DNA of 64,000 nucleotides from an uncultured Opitutales bacterium (GCA_964542645.1 CAZIUG010000008.1:145848-209847); one strand, 5' to 3'. Counted from the first letter of the stretch, positions 29,232-42,931 are shown. The notes: a model not told the origin generated them from the sequence alone. Made by a program: numbers and translations.

Positions 29232-29540
29232 TCACACATTAATAGATATGTCGACACCAGCTGGAAGATTAAGCTTCTTCAGCTCGTCTACTGTCTGGAC
29301 CGTGGGTTCGATGATATCAATCAGTCGCTTGTGCGTCCGCATTTCAAACTGATCCATTGATTTTTTATCAACATGAGGGGACCGATTGACAGTAACCTTT
29401 TCGATATGAGTAGGCAAAGGGACAGGGCCAGTTACCCTAGCACCAGAACGTTTGGCTGTATCTACAATATCGATTGCCGATTGATCGATGACCCGATAAT
29501 CGTAGCCTTTGAGCCTTATTCTTATTCTCTGACCTTCCAT
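29232..29540 (-). CDS. rpsJ: 30S ribosomal protein S10
   Basis: [21 protein letters not shown]...RTHKRLIDI, 102 aa. Confidence 0.95.
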   Translation of the reverse strand: MEGQRIRIRLKGYDYRVIDQSAIDIVDTAKRSGARVTGPVPLPTHIEKVTVNRSPHVDKKSMDQFEMRTHKRLIDIIEPTVQTVDELKKLNLPAGVDISINV

Positions 29541-29578
29541 TGGACACGGAGTTCTGTTTCTCTTATTACTTCACCATT

Positions 29579-31744
29579 CTAGGCACGAACCGGCTCCCGA
29601 ACCGATGTTTCAACTATCTTCTTTGTAATACCCGCTGGCACCTTCTCAAAGTGTGATGGCTCCATGGTGTACGATGCCCTACCTTTAGACAGCGACCGCA
29701 CCACAGTAGCGTAACCAAACATAGTTTCAAGCGGAACCATAGTACTGATGATCATCAGGTTTCCTTTAGCCTCTAATCCCAAGATCTTGCCTCGACGCCT
29801 GTTTAGGTCTCCCATCACATCACCCTGAAACTCCTCAGGAGTTGCTACCTCTACTTTCATATGCGGTTCCAAAAGAATTGGCTTCGCATTCTTTAATGCG
29901 TCCCGAAATGCCAGAATCCCAGCCATTTTGAACGCAGTTTCGGATGAATCTACGTCATGGAAACTGCCAAATACCAGCTCAACTTTCACATCCTCTACCG
30001 GATAACCTGCGACAGAACCATTATGAGCTGCTTCCTTGATCCCCTCCTCAATAGGTCTAATAAATTCTCTAGGAATAATACCTCCCGTAATCTTATCAAT
30101 GAATTCGCTTCCCTTCCCACGCTCGTTAGGTTCTATCCTGATTTCCGCATGCCCGTACTGTCCCCTTCCCCCTGACTGTCTGATGAACTTTCCAACACCA
30201 TCTGCCGCAACCGTTATCGACTCACGGTAGGCAATCTGCGGCTTACCAGACGTTGCTTCAACCTTAAACTCACGGAATAACCGATCTCTAAGAATCTCTA
30301 GATGTAGCTCCCCCATCCCGGAAATGATCGTTTGCCCAGTCTCTTGATTATAGTTCACAAGAAATGTCGGGTCTTCCTCCGAAAGCCTTTGAAGCCCAAG
30401 AGCCAATCGCTCTTGGTCCCCTTGTGTCTCCGGTTCAATCGACATCGAGATTACTGGATCGGGAAAAGTTGGTGGTTCCAGCACAACCCGAAGTTTTTTC
30501 GAGCACAGAGTATCACCAGTCCTGATATCTTTCGCACCAATAATGGCACAAATGTCACCTGAATAGGCCACATCTATATCCTTTCGGGAATCCGCCTTCA
30601 TAAGCATAAGACGACTGATACGCTCCATCCTACCCGTCCGCGTATTCAAAAAGCTACTTCCCTTCCTCATTTCCCCCTGATAAATCCGAATAAAAACCAG
30701 CTTCCCAACATATGGATCTGATGCCAGCTTGAATATCAATCCCACCATCTCGGCATGGTCGTCCGGTTTGATTTCGATTTCCTTTTCATTTACCCCTTCC
30801 TCTTCGAGGACTGAGATTGGTGGAAGATCAAGCGGCGATGGAAGGTAGTCTATGATCGCATCAGCCAAGAACTGGACTCCCTTATTCTTGAACGCGCTTC
30901 CCGGAATCACACCTAAAAATCCCTGCTGTAAAGTCGCACTCCTTACCCCTCTCTGCAACTCTTCCTCCTGAATTTCTTCTCCTTCCAGAAATTTTCCTGC
31001 GATATTATCGTCAAAATCTGCCAACGCTTCGATCAACCTTTCTCGATGAAGTTCTGTCTCCTCACGCATAGAGGACGGAATCTCTTCTTCCAAATAGCTC
31101 ATCCCATATTCGTCCTTGTCCTCGTAAATATAGGCCTTCATTCGGATCAGATCGATTAGCCCTCGGAAATTATCTTCCGCTCCGATTGGGAGATATAGTG
31201 GGAAAGCATTGCCTCCCAGCTTCCGGCGAATATCCTCAACGGCACTAAAGAAATCAGCTCCAGTGCGATCCATCTTATTGATGAATGCAAGTCTAGGCAC
31301 ACCGTATTTGTCTATCTGCCGCCACACCGTCTCCGACTGAGGCTGAACACCAGCGACCGCACAGAAAACACCTACGGCACCATCGAGGACTCTCAAAGAA
31401 CGTTCCACCTCGGCCGTGAAGTCGACGTGACCAGGGGTATCAATTACATTGATTTGGTGGTTAAGATTGGCAAAAACACCCCTCTTGGGCTTCCAGTCGC
31501 AGGATATCGCTGCAGAGGTTATGGTTATGCCCCGTTCTCGCTCCTGCTCCATCCAATCGGTTGTCGTGTTACCATCGTGAACTTCTCCGATCTGATGGAC
31601 GACCCCTGAATAAAAAAGAAGGCGCTCGGTCGTCGTGGTTTTGCCCGCGTCGATATGTGCCGCAATACCTATATTGCGGGTAAATTCTAGAGCCGTCCTC
31701 CGGTCTTTCGCATTTACCGGAGAGTTGTTGTCTGACAAACCCAT
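29579..31744 (-). CDS. fusA: Elongation factor G
   Basis: 721 aa. G1 [10 protein letters not shown]3 DTPGHVDF, G4 NKMDR. The ATG lies 8 nt after the rpsG stop. No tuf gene follows it. Confidence 0.95.
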   Translation of the reverse strand: MGLSDNNSPVNAKDRRTALEFTRNIGIAAHIDAGKTTTTERLLFYSGVVHQIGEVHDGNTTTDWMEQERERGITITSAAISCDWKPKRGVFANLNHQINVIDTPGHVDFTAEVERSLRVLDGAVGVFCAVAGVQPQSETVWRQIDKYGVPRLAFINKMDRTGADFFSAVEDIRRKLGGNAFPLYLPIGAEDNFRGLIDLIRMKAYIYEDKDEYGMSYLEEEIPSSMREETELHRERLIEALADFDDNIAGKFLEGEEIQEEELQRGVRSATLQQGFLGVIPGSAFKNKGVQFLADAIIDYLPSPLDLPPISVLEEEGVNEKEIEIKPDDHAEMVGLIFKLASDPYVGKLVFIRIYQGEMRKGSSFLNTRTGRMERISRLMLMKADSRKDIDVAYSGDICAIIGAKDIRTGDTLCSKKLRVVLEPPTFPDPVISMSIEPETQGDQERLALGLQRLSEEDPTFLVNYNQETGQTIISGMGELHLEILRDRLFREFKVEATSGKPQIAYRESITVAADGVGKFIRQSGGRGQYGHAEIRIEPNERGKGSEFIDKITGGIIPREFIRPIEEGIKEAAHNGSVAGYPVEDVKVELVFGSFHDVDSSETAFKMAGILAFRDALKNAKPILLEPHMKVEVATPEEFQGDVMGDLNRRRGKILGLEAKGNLMIISTMVPLETMFGYATVVRSLSKGRASYTMEPSHFEKVPAGITKKIVETSVREPVRA

Positions 31745-31752
31745 CGTTTTAT

Positions 31753-32223
31753 CTACCAGCGGAGATGGGCAAAAGCCCTATTGGACTGTGCCATCCGGTG
31801 CATGTCTTCCTTTTTCTTAACAAGGGAACCGGTATTATTATAGGCATCGATTATTTCTTGAGCCAAAGCCTCCCTCATGGGACCTTTGCGACCACGCGCT
31901 GACTCCCGCAACCACCTAAAGGCTACACTTTGCTGGCGCTCAAAAGATAATTCCAATGGGACCTGATAGGTAGTCCCGCCGACTCTCCGACTTTTCACTT
32001 CAAGTTTCGGCCGGATATTTTCCATCGCCCCAAGCAAAAGTTCGACCGGATCTCCCTTTCCTAATTTTTCACTAACACGTTCAATCGCAGCGTAGACGAT
32101 CTTTTGAGAGGTCGACCTCTTCCCGTCGATCATAACTGCATTGATCAAATGACTGACCAGTTCACTGCCAAAGCGTGGGTCAGGAATGTGCTCTCGCTTA
32201 ACTGCTCTACGTCTTCTTGACAT
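31753..32223 (-). CDS. rpsG: 30S ribosomal protein S7
   Basis: [20 protein letters not shown] start, C-terminal NRAFAHLRW. Confidence 0.95.
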   Translation of the reverse strand: MSRRRRAVKREHIPDPRFGSELVSHLINAVMIDGKRSTSQKIVYAAIERVSEKLGKGDPVELLLGAMENIRPKLEVKSRRVGGTTYQVPLELSFERQQSVAFRWLRESARGRKGPMREALAQEIIDAYNNTGSLVKKKEDMHRMAQSNRAFAHLRW

Positions 32224-32274
32224 TATTATACGGCTAAGAATTCCCTAAGAACTAAAACAAAACAACGGACCGAA

Positions 32275-32658
32275 TCAGCTCTTTTCGTCTCGAGGACGCT
32301 TTACTCCGTATTTCGATCGGCTTCTCCGCCTATTCTCAACACCAAGACAATCCAACACGCCACGGACTATATGGTAACGAACTCCAGGAAGATCCTTAAC
32401 CCTTCCCCCACGAACCAATACGACACTGTGTTCCTGCAAACTATGCCCTTCATCAGGTATATAAGCTAGTACTTCCATACCATTGGTAAGCCGGACCTTG
32501 GCAACTTTTCGAATTGCCGAATTCGGCTTCCGTGGGGTTCTAGTCATAACCTGTACGCAAACACCCCTTTTGAAGGGACTTGACTTTAAGGCAGGAGACT
32601 TGGACTTACCCCTGGTTACCCTCCGCGGTCTACGAACGAGCTGGTTGATCGTGGGCAT
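32275..32658 (-). CDS. rpsL: 30S ribosomal protein S12
   Basis: [13 protein letters not shown]...[20 protein letters not shown]...[19 protein letters not shown]. Confidence 0.96.
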   Translation of the reverse strand: MPTINQLVRRPRRVTRGKSKSPALKSSPFKRGVCVQVMTRTPRKPNSAIRKVAKVRLTNGMEVLAYIPDEGHSLQEHSVVLVRGGRVKDLPGVRYHIVRGVLDCLGVENRRRSRSKYGVKRPRDEKS

Positions 32659-32868
32659 TATCTGGACGCTTTTTTTATGAGAAGCGAGAAAGGTAGACTT
32701 TATGAAACCGAGTGCAAGTACAATTTGAACTTTGCGTCATGAGTTATCATTTATGGAATCGAGGGTCTTCCGCGTATAAATAACGTTAATAAGTCTCAAC
32801 CGAGTTTTTCCTTCGCCTCTAGATAGAATGGCCAAAAAATATCTTAACCTGAGCAAGACAGATAGCTC

Positions 32869-35800
32869 TTACCCCGCAGTCTCCGAATTTGTCTCAACAT
32901 CGCTAAACTCTGAACCAAAGGTATTAATTCGAAGTCGTCGATATTTCGGAAGACCTGTACCTGCTGGAATCAAGTTTCCCATTATGACATTCTCTTTAAA
33001 TCCTTTGAGCGAATCCTTTTTACCCAAAGTTGCAGCATCAGTCAGTACCCGAGTTGTCTCTTGGAAAGAAGCCGCTGAAATGAAGCTCTCCGTCTCGATC
33101 GAAGCCTTAGTTATTCCAAGCAAAATTGGCTCTGCCTCCGCCGGTTTACCACCCGCTTCTACCAAACGCTCATCCTCATCCATAAAATCCTGACGATCAA
33201 TCTGTTCTCCCCAGAAAAATTCCGAATCTCCTGGATCCGTAACACGGACTTTCCTCAGCATCTGAGCAATTATTGTCTCTATATGCTTGTCATTAATAGT
33301 TACGCCTTGCAATCGGTAGACTTTTTGAATCTCAGAGAGCAGATATTCCTGTAAAACACTGGGACCTAGAATCTCTAGAATCTCATGCGGGTCGGCTGCT
33401 CCTTCCGTCAAGTGTTGACCCTTGTGAACAAAATCTCCCGGTTGGACAACGATATGCTTGCCGTGAGGGATAAGATGTTCTTCTTCCAAATCGTTTTCCT
33501 CGTCCGTCACTATCAGTTTTTTCTTCGCCCGAACTGTTCCACCGAGACTAACAATTCCATCAATCTTTGCCATCTCTGCGGCCTCTTTCGGACGACGGGC
33601 TTCAAATAACTCTGCAACACGAGGCAGGCCTCCGGTTATGTCCTGGGTCTTGGAAGCCTGACGTGGGGTCTTTGCCAAAAGAGCTCCCGGAGATATCAAG
33701 TCCCCTTGATTTACTACGATCTGCGCTCCAGTGGGAATCGAATATGTAGCAATCAGCTTACCCTTCTTCGACGCCAAATCCAGGGCACGCTCACTCTTTG
33801 ATCGAGCCGGAGCCTCGTGGATTTCTATAAGTGGATTAAGATCCTCCTTATGCTCGATCACAACCGTCGCTATTTGTCCTGTCGCCTCATCTAGCTCCCG
33901 TTTAACCGTTACACCCGGAATCATCTCTCGAAAAGCGATTACACCTGCTTTTTCTGAAAGGATGGGTACGTGGTGTGGATCCCAGACTGCCAGAATTTCA
34001 CCCTTCTCGATATTTTGTCCATTGGCAACTGGTAGAACAGCACCTGCCACAATATTGTAACTCTCCAGTTCCTTGCCGTCCTCACCGGCGATCGTGATTT
34101 TCCCAGTTTTGTTCAGCACGATACTAGCTCCTTCTTCTGTGGAAACCATCCGAAGACCGCTGTAAGTTACAACTCCTGCATTACGAACCCGAATCTCTGG
34201 GTTTCTGAAAAACTGGCTCGCGATACCTCCAATGTGGAAGGTCCTCATCGTAAGCTGTGTCCCCGGCTCACCGATCGACTGCGCTGCAATGATACCAACC
34301 GCGGCACCGACCTCAACAAGCTTGTTCGTGCCTGGGTTGATCCCATAGGATACAGCCGGCAAACTAGAGCGTTTCATGTGAGTCAGCGGTGACATGATTT
34401 TAACTCTTTCGATCCCCACCTCTTCCACCCTTTTAGCCGTCCCTTCGGTAATTAATTCGCCATTACCCACAACTAACTCCTCCGGACTGAGCGGATTGTA
34501 AACATCATCACTCGAACAACGCCCCACGATACGTTCGTACAAACTCACGATCTCTTCATCACCTTCGTGGATTGCGTGCTTCCATATTCCATCTCTGTTT
34601 CCTTCGTCGATATCCGATATGATCACATCCATCGCCACATCGCATAGCTTACGAGTGAGGTACCCAGCATCTGCTGTCTTCAACGCCGTATCGGCGAGTC
34701 CCTTTCTCGCACCATGTGTCGAAATGAAATACTCGAGGACTGTCTGGCCCTCTCGAAATGAAGAGAGGATGGGTCGTTCGATGATTTCGCCAGAAGGCTT
34801 TGCCATTAATCCCCGAGTTCCACATAGCTGCCTCACCTGAGCACGGCTACCCCGAGCTCCAGAATCCATCATCAAGTATACCGGATTTACTTCATCGCTG
34901 TTATTGTTCTCCTGTAATCCTTCAAAAACCAACGAGGCGATATCATCAGTTGCTTGGGTCCAGGCATCGATAATTTTGTTATAGCGTTCGCCTGAGGTGA
35001 TAACGCCTTTCCTGTACTGATCCTCGATCTCTCCGACTTTGCCTTGTGTCTCTTTAATGATACCAGGTTTATCCTCGGGAATAATCATATCACCGATACC
35101 AATTGAGAGTCCTGCCTTAGTCGCACTAGAGAATCCGAGCTCCTTGAGAGCGTCTAGCACCTCGACCGTCTCCAGCCTCCCCCTCGCCTTATAAGTCTCG
35201 AGAATAAGATCACTTAGTTTACCAGTCGGTATCGGAAAGTTGAGAAACCCAACCTCACTAGGCCATACCGTATTAAACAAAACCCTACCAACAGTTGTTT
35301 GGATGATTTTCTGTTTCGTATCTCCATAAATAGTTTCCCTACCATAGTCCGGATTTACAATTCGAATCCAATCATGGATCTTCATGACACCGTCACCTTC
35401 CGCAAGTAAGACCTCTTGGGTATCACCAAAAAGCGGGAGCCTCTCGTCGGCTTTCGGCTTTCGGCGCGGATCTAATGTTAGATAATAAGAACCCAGGACA
35501 ATATCCTGCGAGGGCGTCAAGATCGGCTTTCCACTCGATGGGGAAAAAATGTTATGGTTGGACATCATAAGGAGTTTACACTCCATCACCGCCTCCAGCG
35601 AAAGGGGTACGTGAACTGCCATTTGGTCACCATCAAAATCAGCATTATAAGCGGTACAAACCAACGGGTGAATACGAAGAGCATCTCCTTCGATTAAGGT
35701 CGGTTCAAAAGCTTGAATGGATAACCGGTGAAGAGTCGGAGCTCGGTTGAGGAGCACTGGATGTCCCTCCGTAACCTCTTCCAGAATATCCCACACCTCG

Positions 35801-37023
35801 GGTGATTTCTTCTCGATCATCTTACGCGCTCCACGTACAGTATGAACGAAACCTAATTCTTTCAGGCGCCGTATTATAAACGGCTCGAATAGTACCAAAG
35901 CCATTTTCTTGGGCAAACCGCACTGATTAAGTTTTAGTTCAGGCCCAATCACAATAACCGAACGGCCACTATAATCAACCCGCTTGCCAAGCAAATTTTG
36001 CCTAAATCGGCCTTGTTTGCCCTTGAGCATATCGCTCAGAGACTTAAGGGGACGATTCCCAGCACCAGTTACAGCCCGACCATGCCTCCCGTTATCAAAG
36101 AGCGCGTCAACTGCCTCCTGCAACATCCGTTTTTCATTGTGAATGATAACATCTGGCGTCTTCAGCTGGAGAAGATTTCTTAGCCGATTGTTTCGATTTA
36201 TGACCCGTCGATAGAGATCGTTTAGATCACTGGTGGCAAAACGGCCTCCTTCCAAGGGAACTAAGGGTCGCAAATCGGGCGGAATTACCGGCACTACTTC
36301 AAGAACCATCCACTCCGGCCGGGAGCCCGATTCTATGAACCCCCCAATCACTTTTAGCCTTTTAGAAAGCTTCTTCTTAATTTGCTTTGATCGAGTGTTG
36401 TGCATCTGCTCATGCAACTCATCTACAACCGTCTCGAGAGACATCGTCTCAAGGATTTCGCCCAATGCAATAGCGCCCATCTTAGCCTCAAACGCAGTAT
36501 CTCCATATTCTTCCTGGGCTTCCTGATACTCCTGCTCAGTAAGTAACTGCTTTTGTTCTAAGGGTGTCTTTCCTGGATCCGTCACCATATAGTTCTCATA
36601 GTAAATGACACGTTCCAGGTTTCTTGCCGTCATGTCTAGGAGGAGCCCTAACCGACTAGGCATACTTTTAAGAAACCAAATATGAGAAACTGGCACTGCG
36701 AGTTCAATGTGGCCCATTCGTTCGCGACGCACCCTAGAAACCGTTACCTCGACCCCGCATCGATCACACACAACACCTTTATATTTGATTCGTTTATACT
36801 TCCCACATGCGCACTCGTAGTCTCTTACTGGTCCAAATATGCGCTGGCAGAAAAGGCCGCCCGGTTCCGGCTTAAAGGTTCGATAATTGATAGTCTCCGG
36901 ATTCTTGACTTCACCTCGCGACCACGAACGAATCGTGTCCGGCGAGGCAACCGAAATTGATACCGAATCAAATGTCTGATCTTCGTCGAACCCTAGAACT
37001 TCTCTGACTTCCTGTGTGCTCAT
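32869..37023 (-). CDS. rpoC: DNA-directed RNA polymerase subunit beta'
   Basis: 1384 aa. Zinc-binding [23 protein letters not shown] and catalytic [15 protein letters not shown]. Confidence 0.97.
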   Translation of the reverse strand: MSTQEVREVLGFDEDQTFDSVSISVASPDTIRSWSRGEVKNPETINYRTFKPEPGGLFCQRIFGPVRDYECACGKYKRIKYKGVVCDRCGVEVTVSRVRRERMGHIELAVPVSHIWFLKSMPSRLGLLLDMTARNLERVIYYENYMVTDPGKTPLEQKQLLTEQEYQEAQEEYGDTAFEAKMGAIALGEILETMSLETVVDELHEQMHNTRSKQIKKKLSKRLKVIGGFIESGSRPEWMVLEVVPVIPPDLRPLVPLEGGRFATSDLNDLYRRVINRNNRLRNLLQLKTPDVIIHNEKRMLQEAVDALFDNGRHGRAVTGAGNRPLKSLSDMLKGKQGRFRQNLLGKRVDYSGRSVIVIGPELKLNQCGLPKKMALVLFEPFIIRRLKELGFVHTVRGARKMIEKKSPEVWDILEEVTEGHPVLLNRAPTLHRLSIQAFEPTLIEGDALRIHPLVCTAYNADFDGDQMAVHVPLSLEAVMECKLLMMSNHNIFSPSSGKPILTPSQDIVLGSYYLTLDPRRKPKADERLPLFGDTQEVLLAEGDGVMKIHDWIRIVNPDYGRETIYGDTKQKIIQTTVGRVLFNTVWPSEVGFLNFPIPTGKLSDLILETYKARGRLETVEVLDALKELGFSSATKAGLSIGIGDMIIPEDKPGIIKETQGKVGEIEDQYRKGVITSGERYNKIIDAWTQATDDIASLVFEGLQENNNSDEVNPVYLMMDSGARGSRAQVRQLCGTRGLMAKPSGEIIERPILSSFREGQTVLEYFISTHGARKGLADTALKTADAGYLTRKLCDVAMDVIISDIDEGNRDGIWKHAIHEGDEEIVSLYERIVGRCSSDDVYNPLSPEELVVGNGELITEGTAKRVEEVGIERVKIMSPLTHMKRSSLPAVSYGINPGTNKLVEVGAAVGIIAAQSIGEPGTQLTMRTFHIGGIASQFFRNPEIRVRNAGVVTYSGLRMVSTEEGASIVLNKTGKITIAGEDGKELESYNIVAGAVLPVANGQNIEKGEILAVWDPHHVPILSEKAGVIAFREMIPGVTVKRELDEATGQIATVVIEHKEDLNPLIEIHEAPARSKSERALDLASKKGKLIATYSIPTGAQIVVNQGDLISPGALLAKTPRQASKTQDITGGLPRVAELFEARRPKEAAEMAKIDGIVSLGGTVRAKKKLIVTDEENDLEEEHLIPHGKHIVVQPGDFVHKGQHLTEGAADPHEILEILGPSVLQEYLLSEIQKVYRLQGVTINDKHIETIIAQMLRKVRVTDPGDSEFFWGEQIDRQDFMDEDERLVEAGGKPAEAEPILLGITKASIETESFISAASFQETTRVLTDAATLGKKDSLKGFKENVIMGNLIPAGTGLPKYRRLRINTFGSEFSDVETNSETAG

Positions 37024-37038
37024 TCCTATAATTTCCTA

Positions 37039-40000
37039 TTAAATTTGTGAGGAAAATTGATCTTCAATATCACCGTCTCCTAACCTAACATTCAGGCAGA
37101 GGCTCTGCATCTCCTTCATCAGAACATTAAACGACTGGGGCGTACCTGCCTGCAGACTTGTATCCCCTTTAACGAGAGATTCGTAAATTCTAGTTCTTCC
37201 CTGAACATCATCCGACTTGACAGTTAATAGCTCTTGCAGGGTATAGGCAGCACCGTAGGCCTCAAGTGCCCAAACTTCCATCTCTCCAAAACGCTGGCCT
37301 CCATACTGGGCCTTCCCTCCCAACGGTTGCTGTGTAATAAGACTATAGGGGCCTACTGCTCGAGCGTGGATTTTATCTGCCACCAAGTGGTTCAATTTCA
37401 TCATGTAGATAAAACCCACAACAACTTCTTGATCGAATGGCTCACCCGTTCGCCCGTCGACGAGCTGGCTTTTCCCTGACTCGGGATGGCCCGCCTCTTT
37501 AAGGTATTCACGGATACGTGCCTCCGAGATTCCGTCGAAAATTGGCGTTGCAACCTTAATTCCCAATTTCTTGCAAGCCCATCCCAAATGAGTCTCTAAT
37601 ACCTGGCCCACATTCATTCGGCTGGGAACCCCCAAAGGATTAAGGCATATCTCAATCGAGGTCCCGTCAGGCAGGAAAGGCATATCCTCTTCCGGTACTA
37701 CTTTTGCAACGACCCCTTTATTGCCGTGACGACCGGCCATCTTGTCCCCTACTTGCACCTTTCGTTTCGTTGCAATGTAGACCTTGACATTCTTAATTAC
37801 CCCCGCATCGACGTCGTCTCCAGACTCGATGGAATCGATATTTCGCTCCCTTTCATCATCTAGTTCTCGAAACTTTGATTCAAACGAGCTTATAATCTCC
37901 ATGATCTTGATCCGCACCGGAGAGGGGTCAATCTCGACTGTCTTGTAGACAGCAGCTAACCGACGTAATAGAGTTTTGGTGATTTTTCGATTGGCTGGAA
38001 TGATGACTTCCCCTGATTCTTTGTTCATCACGTCGAGAGGAATTTTCTCCCCAAGCAAAATGTTAGAAAGAGACTCCGTCAGACTCTCTCGAAGCGTATC
38101 ATTTTGAGTTCTGAAGCTCTCATTAATTTGCTTAACCTGGCGCCGCCGATCCGAAGGACTTAACTGCTCCCTTTCGAAATCGACACGACTGGAAACCTTA
38201 ATGTCCATCACGATTCCGTAAACTCCGGAAGGAACTAGCAATGAAGTGTCCTTAACATCCGCGGCTTTTTCTCCAAAGATAGCTCGAAGCAACTTTTCTT
38301 CAGGAGCCAGTTCAGTTTCGCTCTTTGGTGTTATCTTTCCCACCAATATGTCACCTGGTTTGACCTCAGCGCCTACCCGGATGACACCGTCGTGGTTTAG
38401 GTGCATCAGAGCCTCCTCTCCCACATTAGGAATATCTCGAGTAATCTCCTCTGGCCCCAACTTGGTATCCCGCGCTGTAACTTCAAATTCCTCTATGTGA
38501 ATTGAAGTAAAGTCATCATCTTTAATCAGTTTCTCGCTAACCAAAATGGCATCTTCAAAGTTATAACCATTCCAGGGCATGAAGGCAACCAAGACATTAC
38601 GTCCGAGCGCCAACTCTCCCTTTTCCGTACTCGCCCCATCGGCAATTACTTGACCTTTTTTAACAAGTTCTCCTCGGGCCACGATCGGTTTCTGACTAAA
38701 ACAAGTCCCTGCATTCGAGCGCATGAACTTCCGTAACGGATATACCACAACTCCATTCTTAGGATCACTCTTCGGATTTCGCTCGAAGCGTAAAGGAATG
38801 TTTCCATCCTCTGTAACAACGATTCGATTCGAATCCACCGACGCCACCTTTCCCGGATCCTCAGCAATAACTACTGTCTTTGAGTCTACTGCCACCCGAT
38901 GCTCAATCCCGGTACCAACTAGCGGAGCCTCAGTTCGCAATAAAGGCACGCCTTGACGCTGCATGTTCGATCCCATCAGAGCACGATTCGCATCGTCGTG
39001 TTCAAGAAAGGGTATCAGTCCTGCTGCTACCGAGACCAACTGTTTGGGAGACACATCCATGTAGTCGACTTGATCCCGCTCTACTTCGAGGAAGTTATCT
39101 CCCTTCCTCACCATCACACGGTCCCTCAGGAAGTTCTTAGGATCAATCTCAGAGTTCGCCTGAGCAATAACCAGCCCCTCCTCCTGATCTGCAGTTAGAT
39201 AGACAACGTCTTCCGAGACTTTCCCTTCCACAACACTCCTGTAAGGAGTTTCAATGAATCCAAATTCATTAATTCTCGAGTAAATGCTCAGAGAATTGAT
39301 TAAACCGATATTGGGTCCTTCGGGGGTTTCGATGGGACATATTCTTCCATAATGTGAAGGGTGAACATCCCGAACCTCGAACCCGGCTCGCTCCCGATTT
39401 AACCCACCTGGACCGAGCGCAGAAAGCCGGCGCTTGTGGGTGAGTTCGGCCAATGGATTGATCTGATCCATAAACTGGCTCAACTGGCTGCGGGCAAAGA
39501 AGTCGCGTATTACCGTACTCAGGGCCTTCGGATTGATCAACTTCTGAGGGGTTATGCTGTCTACGCTCTGGTCATAGAGTGTCATCCTCTCTTTCACCAA
39601 CCGCTCAGTTCTAGCCAGACCTATTCGGCACTGATTCGTCAGCAATTCTCCAACAGTCCGCACCCGACGGCTTCCCAGATGATCGATATCATCAACTACT
39701 CCATCCCCTTTCTTTAGGCGGATTAGATATTTGGTTGCCTGAACTACGTCATCTGTATCTAAGACTCGAATATCTAAATCGGTTTCGAGACCAAGTTTCT
39801 GATTGATCTTATAGCGCCCCACCCGTCCTAAGTCATATCGTTTTGGATCATGAAAGAGGCGCTTCACGAGAGCCTTTGCGTTAGCAACTGTAGATGGTTC
39901 TCCAGGCCGTAATCTCTTATAAATGTCTTTCAAGGCCTCATCTTGATTACGAGTCGGATCTTTCTTCAAGCACCGGATGATGGCACCCTCATCGGGCGAG

Positions 40001-40872
40001 GTATCAATCACTCGGATCGTCTCAATCCCAGCGCTCTCAATCGCTCGGATGATCGTTTTAGTCAGGGGCTCAAAGGATCGCGCCAAAACGATCCCCTTCT
40101 CAGCATCCACCAGATCTTCTACTAGAACCAGTCGGCTAACATTTTCAAGCGCATCTACTTTTCCTAATCCAAGCTCTTGAATTTCGTAAAAGAGGCTGAG
40201 AAGCTCAAAATCCGAACTGTAACCCATGGCTCGGAGCAAAGTAGTAATTAGAAATTTCCGCCTTCTCCGTCGACGATCAAGGTACACATAGAGCAAATCG
40301 TTCTGATCAAATTGTACCTCCATCCATGTACCGCGATCTGGAATAATCCGAAAAGAGAACAGTATCTTTCCGCTAGTATGTGGCGTCTCCTCGAAACAAA
40401 TTCCCGGTGAACGATGCAGCTGGCTTACAACTACCCGCTCGGCACCATTGATGATAAATGAGCCTCTTTCAGTTATCATCGGCATCTCGCCCATGTATAT
40501 CTCCTCGTCCTTGATCGAATCGTCATCTTTAAGACGCAGTTTCACGTAGAGAGAGATCGAGTACGTTACTCCTTCTCGTATACACTCTAATTCCGTCATC
40601 TTGGGACCCGTCAGATTGTACGAACGATATTCCAAAGTCGCCCTTCCATCGTAGCTCTCAATCGGAAAAACCTCCTGGAAGACTGATTCTAATTCAACGG
40701 CCCTGCGCTGATTTGGAGAAATCCCTGGCTGCAAAAATTCCTTGAATGAATCGATCTGATTCTGAATCAAATTAGGAACGTCAATAACTTCCTGAAGTTT
40801 CCCAAAATTCTTTCGGTCCAAAAGATTCAATTTACCGTTGTTGCCAGACATTGTACCGTTGTTGCTAGACAT
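37039..40872 (-). CDS. rpoB: DNA-directed RNA polymerase subunit beta
   Basis: 1277 aa. [14 protein letters not shown] and [22 protein letters not shown]. There are two in-frame ATGs at 40872 and 40851 inside a tandem repeat. Confidence 0.97.
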   Translation of the reverse strand: MSSNNGTMSGNNGKLNLLDRKNFGKLQEVIDVPNLIQNQIDSFKEFLQPGISPNQRRAVELESVFQEVFPIESYDGRATLEYRSYNLTGPKMTELECIREGVTYSISLYVKLRLKDDDSIKDEEIYMGEMPMITERGSFIINGAERVVVSQLHRSPGICFEETPHTSGKILFSFRIIPDRGTWMEVQFDQNDLLYVYLDRRRRRRKFLITTLLRAMGYSSDFELLSLFYEIQELGLGKVDALENVSRLVLVEDLVDAEKGIVLARSFEPLTKTIIRAIESAGIETIRVIDTSPDEGAIIRCLKKDPTRNQDEALKDIYKRLRPGEPSTVANAKALVKRLFHDPKRYDLGRVGRYKINQKLGLETDLDIRVLDTDDVVQATKYLIRLKKGDGVVDDIDHLGSRRVRTVGELLTNQCRIGLARTERLVKERMTLYDQSVDSITPQKLINPKALSTVIRDFFARSQLSQFMDQINPLAELTHKRRLSALGPGGLNRERAGFEVRDVHPSHYGRICPIETPEGPNIGLINSLSIYSRINEFGFIETPYRSVVEGKVSEDVVYLTADQEEGLVIAQANSEIDPKNFLRDRVMVRKGDNFLEVERDQVDYMDVSPKQLVSVAAGLIPFLEHDDANRALMGSNMQRQGVPLLRTEAPLVGTGIEHRVAVDSKTVVIAEDPGKVASVDSNRIVVTEDGNIPLRFERNPKSDPKNGVVVYPLRKFMRSNAGTCFSQKPIVARGELVKKGQVIADGASTEKGELALGRNVLVAFMPWNGYNFEDAILVSEKLIKDDDFTSIHIEEFEVTARDTKLGPEEITRDIPNVGEEALMHLNHDGVIRVGAEVKPGDILVGKITPKSETELAPEEKLLRAIFGEKAADVKDTSLLVPSGVYGIVMDIKVSSRVDFEREQLSPSDRRRQVKQINESFRTQNDTLRESLTESLSNILLGEKIPLDVMNKESGEVIIPANRKITKTLLRRLAAVYKTVEIDPSPVRIKIMEIISSFESKFRELDDERERNIDSIESGDDVDAGVIKNVKVYIATKRKVQVGDKMAGRHGNKGVVAKVVPEEDMPFLPDGTSIEICLNPLGVPSRMNVGQVLETHLGWACKKLGIKVATPIFDGISEARIREYLKEAGHPESGKSQLVDGRTGEPFDQEVVVGFIYMMKLNHLVADKIHARAVGPYSLITQQPLGGKAQYGGQRFGEMEVWALEAYGAAYTLQELLTVKSDDVQGRTRIYESLVKGDTSLQAGTPQSFNVLMKEMQSLCLNVRLGDGDIEDQFSSQI
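40831..40872 (-). repeat. Tandem 21-nt duplication (19/21 identical) spanning the rpoB start codon
   Basis: Plus strand: tttaccgttgttgccagacat (40831-40851) then tgtaccgttgttgctagacat (40852-40872). It encodes [14 protein letters not shown]. Confidence 0.9.
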
Positions 40873-40995
40873 TGCTTAAACTCCCTTCTCCATATAGCCC
40901 CTGATGCTTTGACAGATCAGCCGTGACAATTCCACCATACAGACTATCCGACATTTATCATCTCTGATACGACTACGTACATAAACACACATCCC

Positions 40996-41024
40996 GGACT
41001 CCCCACTGGGGAAATCCAACCCCA
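40996..41024 (-). terminator. Hairpin with alternative pairing in the rplL-rpoB spacer (candidate attenuator)
   Basis: Minus-strand RNA GGAUUUCCCC-AGU-GGGGAGUCC forms a 9-bp stem with one bulge. An upstream UGGGG (complement of 41020-41024) could pair with the same CCCCA instead. No strong U-run follows. Confidence 0.25.
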
Positions 41025-41063
41025 TGAAACCGACCCTACACAGCGATTTGCCGTTGAAGAGGA

Positions 41064-41453
41064 CTATTTTACCTCCACTTGAGCGCCGACGCCTTCAAGC
41101 TTCGACTTGATTTCCTCTGCTTCCTCTTTGTCAATACCTTCTTTGACCGGTTTGGGCGCACTCTCAACTAGGTCCTTAGCTTCCTTCAGACCCAGTCCAG
41201 TAATGGCGCGGACCTCTTTGATTGCCGCAATCTTATTCTCGCCAAAAGCAGTTAGAATAACATCGAACTCCGTCTTCTCCTCCACCTTGGCTTCTTCGCC
41301 ATCGGCACCAGCAGCTGAAGGTGCAGCCACTGCCATAGGAGCAGCGGCACTTACGCCCCACTTCTCCTCTAATTCTTTCACAATACCGCTTATTTCTAAA
41401 ACGGTGCGTTCACCAAGCCAATTCAGGACCTGATCTTTATCCAATTCAGCCAT
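41064..41453 (-). CDS. rplL: 50S ribosomal protein L7/L12
   Basis: ATG at 41453 is preceded by AAGGAGG ([34 protein letters not shown]...[40 protein letters not shown]). The longer track ORF has no support. Confidence 0.94.
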   Translation of the reverse strand: MAELDKDQVLNWLGERTVLEISGIVKELEEKWGVSAAAPMAVAAPSAAGADGEEAKVEEKTEFDVILTAFGENKIAAIKEVRAITGLGLKEAKDLVESAPKPVKEGIDKEEAEEIKSKLEGVGAQVEVK

Positions 41454-41626
41454 TTGTTCCTCCTTATACCTACGGTGAGAGACTGCGACGATCAATATCT
41501 ACTATTTAAATATATCCCAACCCAGTCTTCTCAACCACATAAAGTGTTCGTTAAGTCTTAGCGATTTTCATGCGACGACCGCGTGAAACATGTGATTTAT
41601 CTGCCATCCGTCCATCAAAATCTTGC

Positions 41627-42145
41627 CTAATCTGTATCTTTTTTCTCCGATTTAGCCGACAATACGGTCAAAAACCCTCTTGGAGCGGCCCCAAGAAGCG
41701 ATAATAATCGCTGTGCTGGAGCCTGCAGTAAGCCTAAAAACTGGGCTTTAAGTGCATCCATCGGAGGTAAGTCTGCCAGCTGTTCAACCTCCCCCGACTG
41801 TAGGACGCTTCCACCAAGAATACCACCCTTCACTTCAACCTTTTCCTTTTCACTTCTGAATCGGCTTAATGCCTTCGCCACTCCAGGTGGATCTTCGCCT
41901 CCAACCACAATGGCAGTCTGTCCTTTGAGCCACTCAGAAATATCAGGCAGTTCACGATTCCGGACAACAACCGCCATAGCACTGTTTTTAATAACATGAA
42001 ATTCAGCACTGTGCTCAGAGAGTTTCCATCTCAATTCTGCCGTGTCCGCCACCGACACCCGGTCAAAATCCGTCAGATAGAAATAGTCGGATTTATCGAG
42101 GTGCTTCCCAATCTCGTCCACAAGATATTTTTTTTCTTCTCTCAA
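41627..42145 (-). CDS. rplJ: 50S ribosomal protein L10
   Basis: 172 aa, located between rplA and rplL. MREEKKYLVDEIGKHLDKSDYFYLTDF. Confidence 0.92.
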   Translation of the reverse strand: MREEKKYLVDEIGKHLDKSDYFYLTDFDRVSVADTAELRWKLSEHSAEFHVIKNSAMAVVVRNRELPDISEWLKGQTAIVVGGEDPPGVAKALSRFRSEKEKVEVKGGILGGSVLQSGEVEQLADLPPMDALKAQFLGLLQAPAQRLLSLLGAAPRGFLTVLSAKSEKKDTD

Positions 42146-42161
42146 ATCGATCCTTCCTTCC

Positions 42162-42857
42162 CTATAATGCAGAATAGGCTCCGCTATCCAATCTCACAGC
42201 AGGAGTCATAGTCCCAGAAATCGACATACTTATAATGTAACGTCCTTTAATCGATTCCGGTCTCGCCTGGCCAATACTCTCGATAACCACCTGGATATTC
42301 TCTACTAACTTCGGGGGATCAAAGGAACGCTTACCAACGACCACCCCAATATTAGCAGTCTTATCCATCTTATATTCGATGCGCCCGCCTTGTTTTATCT
42401 CCTTAATTCCGGCAGCCACATCATCGGTCACGGTACCGGATTTCGGATTCGGCATCAGTCCCCTTGGTCCTAAAACCCTGGCTACTGCCCTTACTTGCTT
42501 CATCGCTGAGGGAGTCGCCATTGCAACATCAAATTCGAGCCAACCCTCCTGAATCTTCGACACGACATCGTCCAATCCAGCATGATCAGCACCCGCTTCT
42601 AGCGCCTCATCACCATTCTCTGTAAAGACCAATACGCGGACCTTTTTCCCACTTCCGTTAGGAAGACTGATGACACCGCGGATCATTTGGTTACTCTGTT
42701 TTGGATCAACTCCCAAACGAACTGCCAACTCTACGGTTTCATCGAATTTCGCCGTTGGCATTTCTGAGAGAATCGTCACAGCCTCCTCCAATGGATAGCC
42801 TTGAGAAAGATCCTTAATCTGCTGCGCCGTCTGATATCGTTTGCTGAGCTTTACCAC
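42162..42857 (-). CDS. rplA: 50S ribosomal protein L1
   Basis: GTG start. KLSKRYQTAQQ...FDETVELAVRLGVDPKQSNQMIRGVISLPNGSGK. Confidence 0.94.
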   Translation of the reverse strand: MVKLSKRYQTAQQIKDLSQGYPLEEAVTILSEMPTAKFDETVELAVRLGVDPKQSNQMIRGVISLPNGSGKKVRVLVFTENGDEALEAGADHAGLDDVVSKIQEGWLEFDVAMATPSAMKQVRAVARVLGPRGLMPNPKSGTVTDDVAAGIKEIKQGGRIEYKMDKTANIGVVVGKRSFDPPKLVENIQVVIESIGQARPESIKGRYIISMSISGTMTPAVRLDSGAYSAL

Positions 42858-42931
42858 GTTTATTTCCTTTCCTCAGTTATCAATGCTCTGATTTCCCTGT
42901 ACCGTTCGAGCCTTCAAAATAAATTCTAAGT

